From a virus: a stretch of DNA of 64,000 nt. A model generated the notes under the pieces. That model ran no database searches and was not told the DNA's origin. It saw only the letters and a program-made list of their open reading frames with translations. The stretch covers positions 10,204-74,203 of IMG/VR virus record IMGVR_UViG_3300022777_000031. The stretch is one strand, 5' to 3'. The translations under genes were made by a program, and so were the position numbers. Below are positions 16,256 to 26,898 of this stretch, in pieces (position 1 is the stretch's first letter; every line of letters begins with the position of its first letter).

Positions 16256-16531
16256 ATGGCACAGAAAATAAGTGATTCAGAAAAAGAGCGGCTCGATAAG
16301 TTGCAGCAGCAAGTCAATGAAAAAGTGCTTGCCTACGGCCGCCAGCAATATATCGTCGAGCAAATCAAGGAACAGCTCAACGAAGAAGAACAGGCAGCCG
16401 ACGAGATGAAGGAAGAGATTCGAGAGCTGCAAAACGAGTACGATGACTTCGTTCGCCAGCTTTACCAGAAATACGGAGACGTTGCCGTTGATCTCGACAG
16501 CGGAGATATTGTCGGGCGAAGAGATTCGTGA
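16256..16531 (+). CDS. Small coiled-coil protein
   Basis: Heptad-rich 91 aa ending KYGDVAVDLDSG; lies between the two sheath genes. Confidence 0.7.
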   Translation: MAQKISDSEKERLDKLQQQVNEKVLAYGRQQYIVEQIKEQLNEEEQAADEMKEEIRELQNEYDDFVRQLYQKYGDVAVDLDSGDIVGRRDS

Positions 16532-16640
16532 ATATCACAGGCGACCACAATATATAAAGGTGAACGTCTTCTGCAACTGGCGGCCGCCAGTCTATCGTTA
16601 CGTTGAAAAACAATCAAGTTTAAGCAAATAACATTAAACT

Positions 16641-19600
16641 ATGCCAGAGCAAACTATTTCTCCGGGTGTCTTCACTGAAGAGCGTGACCTAACGTTTCTT
16701 CAGCAGGGAGTTCAGGAAATCGGCGGGGCATTTGTTGGCCCGACCCAGAAAGGACCTGCCTTCACTCCCGTTGAAGTCGACAGCCCACAAGAATATGAAG
16801 AGAAGTTCGGCAATCAGGGGCTTTACATGGACTACTCCGCTCGCAACTATCTTCGCGACGCGGCTTCCGCAACGGTTGTCCGGCTTCTTGGAGACGAAGG
16901 CTACGAGTCCGAGGCCGTTGATGTTCAGCTTCCGGAAGGTGAGCTGAGCAAGCGGTCCTTTGAGATTTCGAAAGCTTCCTTCTCATTCGATCCATCTAGC
17001 GTTCAAACTGACGAGACTATTGAGTTTAGCGTGTGCGTGCGTGGGCGGCAACGCAGAAGCACCGACGACGAGCTTCTGAAGTACAACCTTGAAATCGAAG
17101 AATACGTCAACGGCGAGTTTCACGATCTTGTGTACTCTCAGGGATCGGTTGACAAAGATTGCGTCGTCGATACGTTTACACCTAGTGAAGACGATTTCGC
17201 TGACGTTCAGTACAAGGTTGTCGTCGAGCTAGCAAATGGGCAGACGGACCACACTATGAGCCCAATTGGGCAGCTTCAAGGATTTTACCTTGAGAGCGTC
17301 AACTACAACTGGTCGGACGGCGCGTCGAAGGGCACTGACGAAATCGCATCACTTCAAGGAACAGTTGCCAACCTCAACGGCGGAAGCTTCAGCTACGAGA
17401 TCCGTGAGGTTATCAACGGCAATCTTCAGTCTACTCCGGTTGACTCTGGAAACGGAATCAGCGACGAGACGTTCGAGGCTTCTTGGGTACACAACGGAAG
17501 CGCTGGCGACACGCTTCGCTATGTTGTTCGAGTCAACCAGGGGCAAACAGTTGACGTTCCAGACGATGTTTCCCCGGCAATCAATGTGTTCAGCCGCTCC
17601 GACAGCCAGCAGTTCGAGCTGAAGGACGTGAACTGGAACTTTGAGGCAGGAGACAAGGTTGACTTCGGACAGACGCTTCAAGTTGATGCAGAGGCTTCGG
17701 ATCCGATTGATGCTTCGCTTTTCCAGAGTGGCGGTCAGCTTCCAGTTCAAGACGTTTCTGGGAACCCTAACGACAGCAGCATTTACATTGAGTTCGACGT
17801 CGGTTCCAGTGGGCTTGACATGTCCAAGGGCGACCTTCTCGATTATGAGCTTGAAGTAACCGAGCAGGGCGGCACTGGATCCGCAACGGCAACATCGCCA
17901 GAAGTCGAGCTTGACGGCGGCGTGTTCCAGCTCGAAAGCGTTGAAACTGACTTCGCACAAGGCGACGACGTTGATGAAAACCAGCTTTCTGGCGTTGAGT
18001 TCACAGTTGCCAATCGAGGCGGTGGAACCTACGACTACGAAATTTACGAGGTTCTTGACGGAACTGACCAAACACCGCCAGTAGAAAGCGGAACGGGCGT
18101 TTCTTCTGACAGCTTCCGCTTTGGACTTCCAAACACTGGATCCGACGGCGACGACCTCACATATCGAGTTGAGGTTGAGCAGGACAGCACGCAAGGAATG
18201 AGCATCGATTCCAGCGACGAGGTGACAACTGCCGAACAAAACGTCGTTTCTCGAAGTCCAGCTGGAAGATTCGACATTCAGGACGCCAACTTCAGCTTCG
18301 AAAACAATGAAACAGTTGAGAGCGGCGACGATCTCTTCACCAGCTTCCAAGTTGACTTGGACGGCGCAACGGATTATGACTATGACCTCTTCGTTGTCAA
18401 GAATGGCACGGAGACGGCTGACGCTGCCATTCAGGGAGCGACTGTGACCAACGAAGCAGTATTCGGCGCATGGCAAGTCGGTGACGCTGGAACCAACTTC
18501 TTCGATGGAGACACGATCAAGTATCGACTTCGAGTTGAAGACGCAAGCGGAAATACCGCCGAAGTCGACTCTCCAGAGTTTACGTTCAGCGGAGACAATG
18601 AGCAAATCTTCACATTCAACGACGTAAAGTTTCAGTTCAGCGACGGTTCTTCCACAGAGCCGAATGAGCGGCTTGCTGTATTCTTTGACGTACGACGGCC
18701 GAACGACGAGATTTACAAGTACGAAGTCACTGAGTTCATCAACGGCGCCAACCAAGGAACGGTTGTCGTTGACACGAGTGAAGAGGAAAATCAAGATTTC
18801 ATTTCCGATCCGGCAACCACCCGAGTTGAAGCTGGATGGTTCGCAGGAGAAAGTGGTTCGGTTGAGGCAGGCGACACCCTTGAGTACGAAGTGGAAATCA
18901 TTGAAGTCGACTCTCAGGGCGACCCTGTTGGGCCAATCAGTTCTGAAACGAGCGGAACGCTGACAGTCAGTGAGCGAGAACCACGGGCGGACATCACGCT
19001 TGCTACACTTGCTCCTACACAGCGACTTCGCGACGACGGCGACGAGGTGTTCAACGCTCAAATCAATCCAGAGAAGGCAGACATCACTGGATTTGAGCTG
19101 ATTCTTGACCTTGACGGAAGCTCCGTTTCTACGGTTGATCTTCAGGAGCACGAGCCGGAAGACGAGGTTGAAGAGCTGCTTGACGAGGAAGGCATTGAAC
19201 CTGCTGACGAACTTCAAGGGCCAGAGCTTATTGACGGCAAGAAGTATGAAGTGAGCTTGCAGGAAGGCGATTCCAATTATCTTCTCGACCTGTTCGGCTC
19301 TGACCCTGAAAGTCCACGTGAAGTTCACGCAAAGGCTAGCTTCCCAGAGGCTTGGAGAGAGCTAGTCAACGAAGAGCTTGACGAAGACGGCATCAACCTC
19401 AAGGTTCACGGAAACGATCCAGACGAAGACATTGACCGAGCACAGCTTGACTTTGACGGTCAAGAGTACGACAACGCTTCAACTCCATGGATCGTTTCTC
19501 AAGACCAGCAGCCAAATCAGCCTGGAACGAACCGTGTGAATCTCTTCAAGCTGCATACGCTTGGAGACGGAGACTTCGCGAACACAGAGACGAAGATTTC

Positions 19601-21317
19601 CATTCAGAACGTACGTTATCCAGACGAGGTTGCAGGATCCAACTACGGACAGTTTGACGTTGTTGTTCGCTCGATTGACGACACGGACACTGATCCGGAC
19701 GTTCTTGAGAGCTTCACCGGCGTCAACCTCAATCCTGGCAGCCCGAACTACATTGGGCGAGTCATTGGAAACAAGGAAACAACCTTCAACGAGAACGGCA
19801 AGATCGTCGCACAAGGCGGTGAAGCTGGCGTGTACGAAAACCTCAGCGACTACATTCGAGTTGAGGTGAACCCAGAAGTCGTGAAGGCAAATGAGGAAGG
19901 TCGAGACGGACTTTCCAACCTTGTACCTTGGGGCTTTGCTCCGTACCAGATTCCACTTGACTTCAAGGGGCAGCTTCCACACGGCTTGAAGGTCCGACAG
20001 GTCCGCTCGGTTTCCGACGCTGAATATGACATTCTTCCAGACGCGGACGTACCACCGGCCAGTTCTGGACTTCGGGAAGACGACATTGACCTCAGCACGG
20101 TTACTTCACCGTTCGATAACCGCATTCACTACGGCGTTGATCTTGAGTGGGAAGGAAACCTCAGTTGGCTTCAAGCAATCGCCAACAACAACGACGCCCG
20201 AGTTCCTGAACAAGACGAGTTTGGACAGGAGTTTGGCTTCGTTCTCAATGAGGCGTACGTTCAGGATCCAAATGGCACCGGACTCAGGCAAGTTGAGTTT
20301 GGAGACGGTGACGACGAAGGATTCAGTCCGGAAGACAGGAAGTTCACCGTTGCTTTCCAAGGTGGATTCGACGGAAAGGATCCAGCGAAGCCGCAAGAGC
20401 TTGAAGACGAAATCCGTGAGGACAACACTCAGGGATTTGACGTTTCTGGACCTGACGCTCCGGGAACTGTTGCTTACGAGCGAGCAATCGGAATCCTCGG
20501 AAACGACGACCAGTTTGACATCAACTTGCTTGTGACACCGGGAATCATCAACACGCTTCACAGTCCGGTGGTTCAGGCAGGAATCAACATGGTCGAAGAC
20601 CGATCCGACGCATTCTACGTGTTCGACGCCGCAGGCGTGAACGCTTCGATTGACTCTGCGATTGCTTCGATTGAGTCGATTGACACGAGCTATGCGGCTA
20701 CCTATTACCCTTGGCTTCGAATTCGGGACCAGTCCCGAAACAAGCAGGTGCGGGTTCCACCATCGGTTCTCATTCCACGAGTGTACGCCTTCAACGACCA
20801 GACGGCCGCAGAGTGGTTTGCGCCTGCTGGATTCGAGCGAGGTGGCATTCCAGAGGCTATTGCCGCAGTGGTCCGGCTTCGCCGTGACGACCGCGACAAG
20901 CTCTACTCGAACCGAGTCAACCCAATTGCACAGTTCCCCGAGCAGGGCGTGAGCGTGTGGGGTCAGAAGACGCTCCAGACTCGCGACACTGCACTCGACA
21001 GGGTGAACGTGCGACGGCTTCTCATTCGAGTCAAGAAGTTCATTGCTTCGACAAGCCGCTTCCTCGTATTCGAGCAGAACGTACCGGAGACGAGAAACAG
21101 GTTCAAGAACATTGTGAATCCGTTCCTCAACCAGGTTCAGCAGCAAAATGGGTTGTTCGCATTCCGCGTGAAGATGGATGCAGACAACAACCCACCGGAG
21201 GTCATCGACCGCAACCAGCTTGTGGGAGAAATCTTCCTCCAGCCAACGCGAACTGCTGAGTTCATCCGACTCACGTTCAACGTCCTTCCAACGGGCGCAG
21301 AGTTCGAGGATCTCTAA
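16641..21317 (+). CDS. Tail sheath protein, paralog 2, with a ~680-aa Ig-like repeat insertion
   Basis: ISPGVFTEERD, GPTQKGPAFTP, WFAPAGFERGG, ALDRVNVRRLL, EIFLQPTRTAEFI. Confidence 0.92.
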   Translation: MPEQTISPGVFTEERDLTFLQQGVQEIGGAFVGPTQKGPAFTPVEVDSPQEYEEKFGNQGLYMDYSARNYLRDAASATVVRLLGDEGYESEAVDVQLPEGELSKRSFEISKASFSFDPSSVQTDETIEFSVCVRGRQRRSTDDELLKYNLEIEEYVNGEFHDLVYSQGSVDKDCVVDTFTPSEDDFADVQYKVVVELANGQTDHTMSPIGQLQGFYLESVNYNWSDGASKGTDEIASLQGTVANLNGGSFSYEIREVINGNLQSTPVDSGNGISDETFEASWVHNGSAGDTLRYVVRVNQGQTVDVPDDVSPAINVFSRSDSQQFELKDVNWNFEAGDKVDFGQTLQVDAEASDPIDASLFQSGGQLPVQDVSGNPNDSSIYIEFDVGSSGLDMSKGDLLDYELEVTEQGGTGSATATSPEVELDGGVFQLESVETDFAQGDDVDENQLSGVEFTVANRGGGTYDYEIYEVLDGTDQTPPVESGTGVSSDSFRFGLPNTGSDGDDLTYRVEVEQDSTQGMSIDSSDEVTTAEQNVVSRSPAGRFDIQDANFSFENNETVESGDDLFTSFQVDLDGATDYDYDLFVVKNGTETADAAIQGATVTNEAVFGAWQVGDAGTNFFDGDTIKYRLRVEDASGNTAEVDSPEFTFSGDNEQIFTFNDVKFQFSDGSSTEPNERLAVFFDVRRPNDEIYKYEVTEFINGANQGTVVVDTSEEENQDFISDPATTRVEAGWFAGESGSVEAGDTLEYEVEIIEVDSQGDPVGPISSETSGTLTVSEREPRADITLATLAPTQRLRDDGDEVFNAQINPEKADITGFELILDLDGSSVSTVDLQEHEPEDEVEELLDEEGIEPADELQGPELIDGKKYEVSLQEGDSNYLLDLFGSDPESPREVHAKASFPEAWRELVNEELDEDGINLKVHGNDPDEDIDRAQLDFDGQEYDNASTPWIVSQDQQPNQPGTNRVNLFKLHTLGDGDFANTETKISIQNVRYPDEVAGSNYGQFDVVVRSIDDTDTDPDVLESFTGVNLNPGSPNYIGRVIGNKETTFNENGKIVAQGGEAGVYENLSDYIRVEVNPEVVKANEEGRDGLSNLVPWGFAPYQIPLDFKGQLPHGLKVRQVRSVSDAEYDILPDADVPPASSGLREDDIDLSTVTSPFDNRIHYGVDLEWEGNLSWLQAIANNNDARVPEQDEFGQEFGFVLNEAYVQDPNGTGLRQVEFGDGDDEGFSPEDRKFTVAFQGGFDGKDPAKPQELEDEIREDNTQGFDVSGPDAPGTVAYERAIGILGNDDQFDINLLVTPGIINTLHSPVVQAGINMVEDRSDAFYVFDAAGVNASIDSAIASIESIDTSYAATYYPWLRIRDQSRNKQVRVPPSVLIPRVYAFNDQTAAEWFAPAGFERGGIPEAIAAVVRLRRDDRDKLYSNRVNPIAQFPEQGVSVWGQKTLQTRDTALDRVNVRRLLIRVKKFIASTSRFLVFEQNVPETRNRFKNIVNPFLNQVQQQNGLFAFRVKMDADNNPPEVIDRNQLVGEIFLQPTRTAEFIRLTFNVLPTGAEFEDL
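16950..18990 (+). repeat. Six ~110-aa beta-rich (Ig-like) repeats inside sheath 2
   Basis: Units start FEISKASFSF, FYLESVNYNW, FELKDVNWNF, FQLESVETDF, FDIQDANFSF, FTFNDVKFQF; most end GDxLxYxVxV. Confidence 0.7.
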
Positions 21318-21454
21318 TAAAAGAGGCCACTCGACTTATCGCAAAACGGTTCCACTCTCCGTCTTTCACGGCGGGGAGTGGCTCGCGTAAAGGGTTATTT
21401 TCTTCAATCGATTGAAGAGTCTACAATACACAACAATAAATCAAACAAGATAAT

Positions 21455-21904
21455 ATGGCTACTACTAATTCTGATCTAACTCCGAGCGTCGATCTTCCGG
21501 CAAGCGTGGTGATTAGCCCTTTCCAGAAGTCTTTCGACGTTTCGGGTCCAAACAGCCGAGAAGGATTTTCGGCAACTGCACGAGGTGAAGTGAACCGAAC
21601 TGTTTACCGTATCAGTTCGGACACGACGCTTGCTCCGTTTGACGGAAGCATCGTTCTCGTGGATGCTTCTAGTGATAATGTAAAGCTTACGGTTGATACT
21701 ATTCCAGCTGGAACTAAGTTTACGGTGATTGCGGAAGACGCAAGCAACGTAATCGATATTGATGGCGTTAGCGCACTGAATGTCATAAGTGAGGGCGCTA
21801 CCAATGAGCTTGATGGAGACGGAGCAGTTGCTGAAGTTATTCACCCTGAAGGCGGAGACCTTTACCTTCACGGAAACAGCTTCTCAGGCACTGCTGGTAC
21901 ATAA
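21455..21904 (+). CDS. Putative virion structural protein
   Basis: 149 aa, beta-strand-rich, within the tail block. Confidence 0.55.
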   Translation: MATTNSDLTPSVDLPASVVISPFQKSFDVSGPNSREGFSATARGEVNRTVYRISSDTTLAPFDGSIVLVDASSDNVKLTVDTIPAGTKFTVIAEDASNVIDIDGVSALNVISEGATNELDGDGAVAEVIHPEGGDLYLHGNSFSGTAGT

Positions 21905-21971
21905 GCAAAAGCAAAAAACAGTTACACAAACGGTTTACATTTTTCCGTTTGAAACACAATAACAATACAGT

Positions 21972-24743
21972 ATGCCTATTGACCTAAGAGAAACGGTTAC
22001 GGATCCAGACACAGGAAACTCGCGCACGGGAAATCTATTTGAAAGTGAACTGGCGGTTCAAACCGTGGGTTCATCTGAAATCATGGAAAATCGTGCCGTT
22101 CTCGAAGGTGAGCTGACCACATTCACCCCGGATGCTTTTGTCGACAGCGACGCCGAAGTGCTCTTCTATTACGCCGAGCAAGGAAACGCAGTTGATAGCA
22201 ACGAAGTATCGGCTGGAACTCTTGGTTCTACAGGAACGTTCACCACAGAAGTCACAGGACTCACTCAAGAAACCACATACGAGTTTCAAGCCGCCGTTCG
22301 AATCGATAATGACGAGGCCACCGGTTCTGTTCAAACCCTCACGACCGGCCTCTTCACGATCACAACGACAGCGGCAACGAACGTCACTGACGCGGAAGCA
22401 AAGCTGAACGGCGAGTTCACGGAAGTCTCTGGACTTGACGCGAACGACTACACGCCTTCCTTCGAATACAGGGAAACGGGAACTGGAAGCTTCACAGAAA
22501 CCACACTTACCGTAAACTTCAGTGATCCAAGTCCTGGCGACTCATTTTTCCTTAATATCGATGCGCTTTCAGGTGGCACTGAGTATGAGTTTCGAGCAAA
22601 AGTTGAAGGACTTGGGGAAACCGAAGAAGGCGGCCTTTTGACCTTCATCACAGAAAACATTGGGGTCACGACACTTTCTCCAACCGGCGTTGAAGCTCAA
22701 GAAGCGACTCTTGAAGGTGATATTACCGAAATCCAAGGACCAACCAGCGTTGACTATCGGTTTGATTGGGGAACTTCGGGAAACCTTTCGAACTCTACGA
22801 ATTCTACGACGACATCAAACACAGGACAGGTTTCTGAAACGATTACAAACCTTGATGCTGACACGACGTATGATTATGAACTTGTTGTCACGTCACCGAA
22901 CGCTACATACAATGGCGGGACAGCTCAGTTCCAAACCGAAGACGCTGCCGTAAGCACGGCGTCTGCAACAGGCACCACGTCTGGAAGCGCAACGCTCAAC
23001 GGAAATGTTGATGCTCTTGCTTCTGGATTTAACACGATTGACGTTGGGTTTGAATACCGAGAAGCGGGAACAACCAACAGCTTCACGACTCTCGACGCAG
23101 GAACATTAGGTGGAGTCAACAACTTCTCGGCTTCAATTAGCGCTGGAACACTTTCAGAGAACACTCAATATGAGTTTCGAGCAACGGGAGCGGTTGGAGG
23201 AAACACGTTCCAAGGATCGCTTGAAACTTTCACGACGCTTGACGAAACGGTTGCCGTCGACACGGTTGCCGCTACTCAACTTGGGGCAACTCAAGCAACG
23301 CTCAACGGAGATGTGACGACCTACGATAACGTCGAGTCTGCTAACGGATTCTTCGAGTACGGACAAACCAGCGGAAGCGTTGACGACAACAGCACGACAA
23401 CACAAAGTATCAACAATACCGGCGGATTCTCTGAAACTGTTACTGGACTCTCTGCGGGAACAGACTATGAGTTCCGAGCAGTGGTTGACACGCTTCAAAC
23501 AGAAACGACGGGATCTGCTGTTGGATTTACAACGGATGCGGTTGCTGTATCGACGAATGCGGCAACCAACGTCGGAACTGGAAGCGCCGACTTGGAAGGA
23601 AGTATCGACGAGCTTGAAAGTGGGCAAAGCGCAGACGTTCAGTTTGATTGGGGAATCGATGGAAATAATCTTCCGAACACGACGTCAACAACAACGGGAC
23701 TTTCTACCGGACTATTTGACGAAACGATTACAAGTCTCACTCCGGGAGAGACCTATGAGTTTCGCGCTACAGGAACTGAGCCAAACAGTGGAGACACCGA
23801 CCAAGGTTCTGTCATGACATTCACCCTTGATGATCTTCAGGTTTCCACAAACTCTGTATCAGTCATTAGCGACACAGACATTGACTTTACAGGCGAGATC
23901 ACTGTAAACGAAGACGGCGGCTCCGCAGACGTTGGCGTTGAGTATCAACAGACGGGCCAGAGCGGATTCAACAACTCCACGAGCGCAGGCACCGTGTCCG
24001 GTACGGGAACATTCAGCGGAACGATTACTGGACTTACGGCAGGTATAGAGTATGAGGTTCGAGCATTTGCTGAACTTGATACAGGGCGCGTTACTGGATC
24101 TACACAAACGGTAACGACTCTTGAAGTCGGCGTCACGACTGATGCAGCAACCACCATAAACGTTGGATCTGCTACGCTCAACGGAACGCTTGACGCTTTG
24201 GGAGCTAGCGAAAATGACGCTGCAGTTTCGTTCGATTGGGGTCTATCGTCCGGATCTGTTGACGACAACAACGTGACCGCTGATCAAAGTCCGGTGTCTC
24301 CGGCTCCAGCATCGTTCGACACTGAAATCACTGGACTTGACCCAGATACGGAGTACCAGTTCCGAGCGCAAGCGACAGGAAACCCATCCGGCGACGTGGC
24401 AGAAGGAAGCACTCTCACGTTCACGACGGACAACGTTGCGGTTTCCACGACAACGAACGTCACAAGCGTCACGACATCTAGCTTCACAGTGGAAGGAGAT
24501 CTCACGACCTTCACTGGTGACAACGACGTGACGATTGGACACGAGTACGTGACTTCAGGTGGATCCTTCTCATCTAATGGCACGGATGTAACGTCTTCCT
24601 CCAGTCCAACGCAGTCCACGGGAACATTCACCACGGACATTACAGGGCTCAGCTCTGGCACGTCCTACGATTACAGGGCGTTTGTGGAGGTGGATGGAGT
24701 TCGAATCAATGGAACAACTGAAACCACAAGCACGAACTCATAA
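21972..24743 (+). CDS. Fibronectin type III-like repeat protein (fibre/decoration/adhesin)
   Basis: About nine ~95-aa Thr-rich repeats of T..AT.V....A.LNG...F.(Y/W)....ITGL...T.YEFRA. Confidence 0.8.
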   Translation: MPIDLRETVTDPDTGNSRTGNLFESELAVQTVGSSEIMENRAVLEGELTTFTPDAFVDSDAEVLFYYAEQGNAVDSNEVSAGTLGSTGTFTTEVTGLTQETTYEFQAAVRIDNDEATGSVQTLTTGLFTITTTAATNVTDAEAKLNGEFTEVSGLDANDYTPSFEYRETGTGSFTETTLTVNFSDPSPGDSFFLNIDALSGGTEYEFRAKVEGLGETEEGGLLTFITENIGVTTLSPTGVEAQEATLEGDITEIQGPTSVDYRFDWGTSGNLSNSTNSTTTSNTGQVSETITNLDADTTYDYELVVTSPNATYNGGTAQFQTEDAAVSTASATGTTSGSATLNGNVDALASGFNTIDVGFEYREAGTTNSFTTLDAGTLGGVNNFSASISAGTLSENTQYEFRATGAVGGNTFQGSLETFTTLDETVAVDTVAATQLGATQATLNGDVTTYDNVESANGFFEYGQTSGSVDDNSTTTQSINNTGGFSETVTGLSAGTDYEFRAVVDTLQTETTGSAVGFTTDAVAVSTNAATNVGTGSADLEGSIDELESGQSADVQFDWGIDGNNLPNTTSTTTGLSTGLFDETITSLTPGETYEFRATGTEPNSGDTDQGSVMTFTLDDLQVSTNSVSVISDTDIDFTGEITVNEDGGSADVGVEYQQTGQSGFNNSTSAGTVSGTGTFSGTITGLTAGIEYEVRAFAELDTGRVTGSTQTVTTLEVGVTTDAATTINVGSATLNGTLDALGASENDAAVSFDWGLSSGSVDDNNVTADQSPVSPAPASFDTEITGLDPDTEYQFRAQATGNPSGDVAEGSTLTFTTDNVAVSTTTNVTSVTTSSFTVEGDLTTFTGDNDVTIGHEYVTSGGSFSSNGTDVTSSSSPTQSTGTFTTDITGLSSGTSYDYRAFVEVDGVRINGTTETTSTNS

Positions 24744-25105
24744 TGAGCGAAGGCGACAGAAAGACAACGGCGGCCGCTTCAATCGGAAGAGCGATTGGCG
24801 GCCGCCGTACGTATTCCGGTACCATGAAGTGGTGGCGTGCCCACAATCATAAAGATCTGGAGTGGCGCGTCCAGCTCAAAACTGATGACGGCCACCTTTC
24901 TTTGATGGTGAAACCCGCTGAAGCAGGCTTGAGCGGAGACAAAATCGAGTTTGACGCTTCCGACTCGTTTCCGACATTCAAAAGCGAGGCGGGGGACATT
25001 GAATACGAAAACGCCGAGCAGTTCGTCGGTGCCGTCGCCGATCTTGCCAAAGAGCAAGAGCTTCGTGAAATCGTTCGGCGTGAAATATCTTCACTTCTTC
25101 TTTGA
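24743..25105 (+). CDS. Hypothetical protein with C-terminal LREIVRREI module
   Basis: Coupled to the previous stop. Confidence 0.6.
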   Translation: MSEGDRKTTAAASIGRAIGGRRTYSGTMKWWRAHNHKDLEWRVQLKTDDGHLSLMVKPAEAGLSGDKIEFDASDSFPTFKSEAGDIEYENAEQFVGAVADLAKEQELREIVRREISSLLL

Positions 25106-25177
25106 GAAACAATCTCCTCTTCACAGGCATACAACAGGGTGAATAATACTTATAATCGCAGACACACCCTCTTTTTT

Positions 25178-25717
25178 ATGCCAATAACCAGTTCAGGCGC
25201 TCGCTTTGAACGAGAAGTTGGAGACCACATTGAAACAGTTTTTCCAAACGTTCAACGTTTCCAGCGCCGAAAAGACGGCGACTATCTTCTTCAAGAGGTA
25301 GATGAGTCCGGCGACTTCAATCAGCTCAAGTCGGCCTCTCCAAACCAAATCACGCTTGTTCGAGAAGAAGTCTATCGCACCAGGCGAAGCAGGCAGTATA
25401 GCCGTGCCCGAGACAAGCGCGTCGACTGGCGCCTTGTGTTTCCCGATGGAAGTGACTTCATGATTGAGTGTAAGCATCAAAGCGTGAGCGGAAGCGTCGA
25501 CGAGAAGCTTTGGGAAGGCATCCCCAACCGCTTGGCAGACCGAGACTATTGGGCAGATTACTTCATGCTCTTCGTTTCGGGAAAACACGTCGATCAGGAA
25601 GCGGTGAACATCTTGCAGGAGATTTACGAAGAGAAAGCCGACAGGCAGGTGCTCGTGACAAAGGATTGGCAAAGCAAAATCAACCAGCTCAGTAATCTAT
25701 ATGGGCAAGCTCGATAA
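25178..25717 (+). CDS. PD-(D/E)XK restriction-endonuclease-like protein
   Basis: VD..LVF..FMIECKHQSVSGSVDEK; TATAAT box just upstream (~25151-25156). Confidence 0.65.
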   Translation: MPITSSGARFEREVGDHIETVFPNVQRFQRRKDGDYLLQEVDESGDFNQLKSASPNQITLVREEVYRTRRSRQYSRARDKRVDWRLVFPDGSDFMIECKHQSVSGSVDEKLWEGIPNRLADRDYWADYFMLFVSGKHVDQEAVNILQEIYEEKADRQVLVTKDWQSKINQLSNLYGQAR

Positions 25718-26645
25718 GGCTACATTTCTTCAAGGCGACGCCAAAACCGAACTTCGAAGTCTCGATGAAGGTTCTGCTCGAACCTGCATCACGTCCCCTC
25801 CATATTGGGGACTTCGCGATTATGGAACCGAAGACCAAATCGGGCTTGAGGAAGAGGTTGATGCCTACGTGAACAACCTCTGTGACATTCTCGACGAGGT
25901 TGGGCGAGTTCTCACGGACGACGGAACCCTTTGGCTCAACATTGGCGACAGCTACGCAGGAAGTGGCAAAGGACCCGGCGGAAACATCAACAAAGAGCAC
26001 CACCACATGGAAGACAAAAGCGGTGGGCTCGTTCCAGACGGCATGAAGCCAAAGGATCTTGTGGGCATTCCTTGGGAGGTTGCTTTTGAGCTTCGCAGTC
26101 GCGGTTGGTATCTGCGGTCGGATATCATATGGAAAAAACCCGACCCGATGCCAGAAAGCGTGAAAGATCGGCCGACAAACCAGCACGAGTATCTTTTTCT
26201 TCTGTCAAAGTCTCGTGACTACTTTTACGACCACGACGCCATAAAAGAAGACGCCAAACACGCCGACGACCGACGCCACGGAGAAGGCCGGATCGGTTAC
26301 AACGGAAAGCGTCAAGGCGATGAAGGCACAGGGCAAGAGGCGTTTGTGTCCATCAAAGACCGCCGCAACAAACGAAGCGTGTGGGACGTGACGACCGCTC
26401 AGGTGTCCGAAGCTCATTTTGCGGTGTTCCCGTTGGAGCTGGTCGAGCCATGTGTTTTGGCTGGCAGTGAGGAAGGCGACATGGTGCTTGACCCGTTTGC
26501 GGGTTCAGGAACGACGGGCATCGCCGCTTTGAAACACGGCCGGAAGTTCGTTGGCGTCGACCTCAACAAAGAGTATATTCAAATCGCGAAGGATCGCATT
26601 CGAGGTCACAATGAAGTTCCTGTGAACCACGGATTTTGGTCTTGA
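25701..26645 (+). CDS. DNA N4-cytosine/N6-adenine methyltransferase (beta class)
   Basis: TSPPY motif, HFAVFP, VLDPFAGSGTT SAM-binding motif. Confidence 0.92.
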   Translation: MGKLDKATFLQGDAKTELRSLDEGSARTCITSPPYWGLRDYGTEDQIGLEEEVDAYVNNLCDILDEVGRVLTDDGTLWLNIGDSYAGSGKGPGGNINKEHHHMEDKSGGLVPDGMKPKDLVGIPWEVAFELRSRGWYLRSDIIWKKPDPMPESVKDRPTNQHEYLFLLSKSRDYFYDHDAIKEDAKHADDRRHGEGRIGYNGKRQGDEGTGQEAFVSIKDRRNKRSVWDVTTAQVSEAHFAVFPLELVEPCVLAGSEEGDMVLDPFAGSGTTGIAALKHGRKFVGVDLNKEYIQIAKDRIRGHNEVPVNHGFWS

Positions 26646-26711
26646 CGTTTTGCCAGAGAACGCTTATATTGCCTTGTGAGGGCATTCAATCAATAATCTA
26701 AGCCATACCAT

Positions 26712-26897
26712 ATGTCTGCGCTTGGAAACCGAGACAACTTCGACCAGACGGCCAAGGAAGAGACTGACACAGGCACGCGCATTCGAATCGAGGCTCTTCG
26801 CTTTCTGAGAGAAAATGAGCCCGGACAGTTCGAGATGCTGAAAGAAGACTTGGAGGGGACCGACATTTGGCAACGTTTCCAAAAAGAATACGGATAA
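26712..26897 (+). CDS. Hypothetical protein
   Basis: 61-aa ORF with native codon usage. Confidence 0.5.
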   Translation: MSALGNRDNFDQTAKEETDTGTRIRIEALRFLRENEPGQFEMLKEDLEGTDIWQRFQKEYG

Positions 26898-26898
26898 C

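Noticed and set aside
17349-19328. 659-aa antisense ORF, and similar long antisense ORFs at 20106-21146, 29899-30696 and 32048-33034
   Set aside because: These are shadow frames produced by the biased GAN/GTN codons of the real sense genes; they have no starts in context and no motifs.
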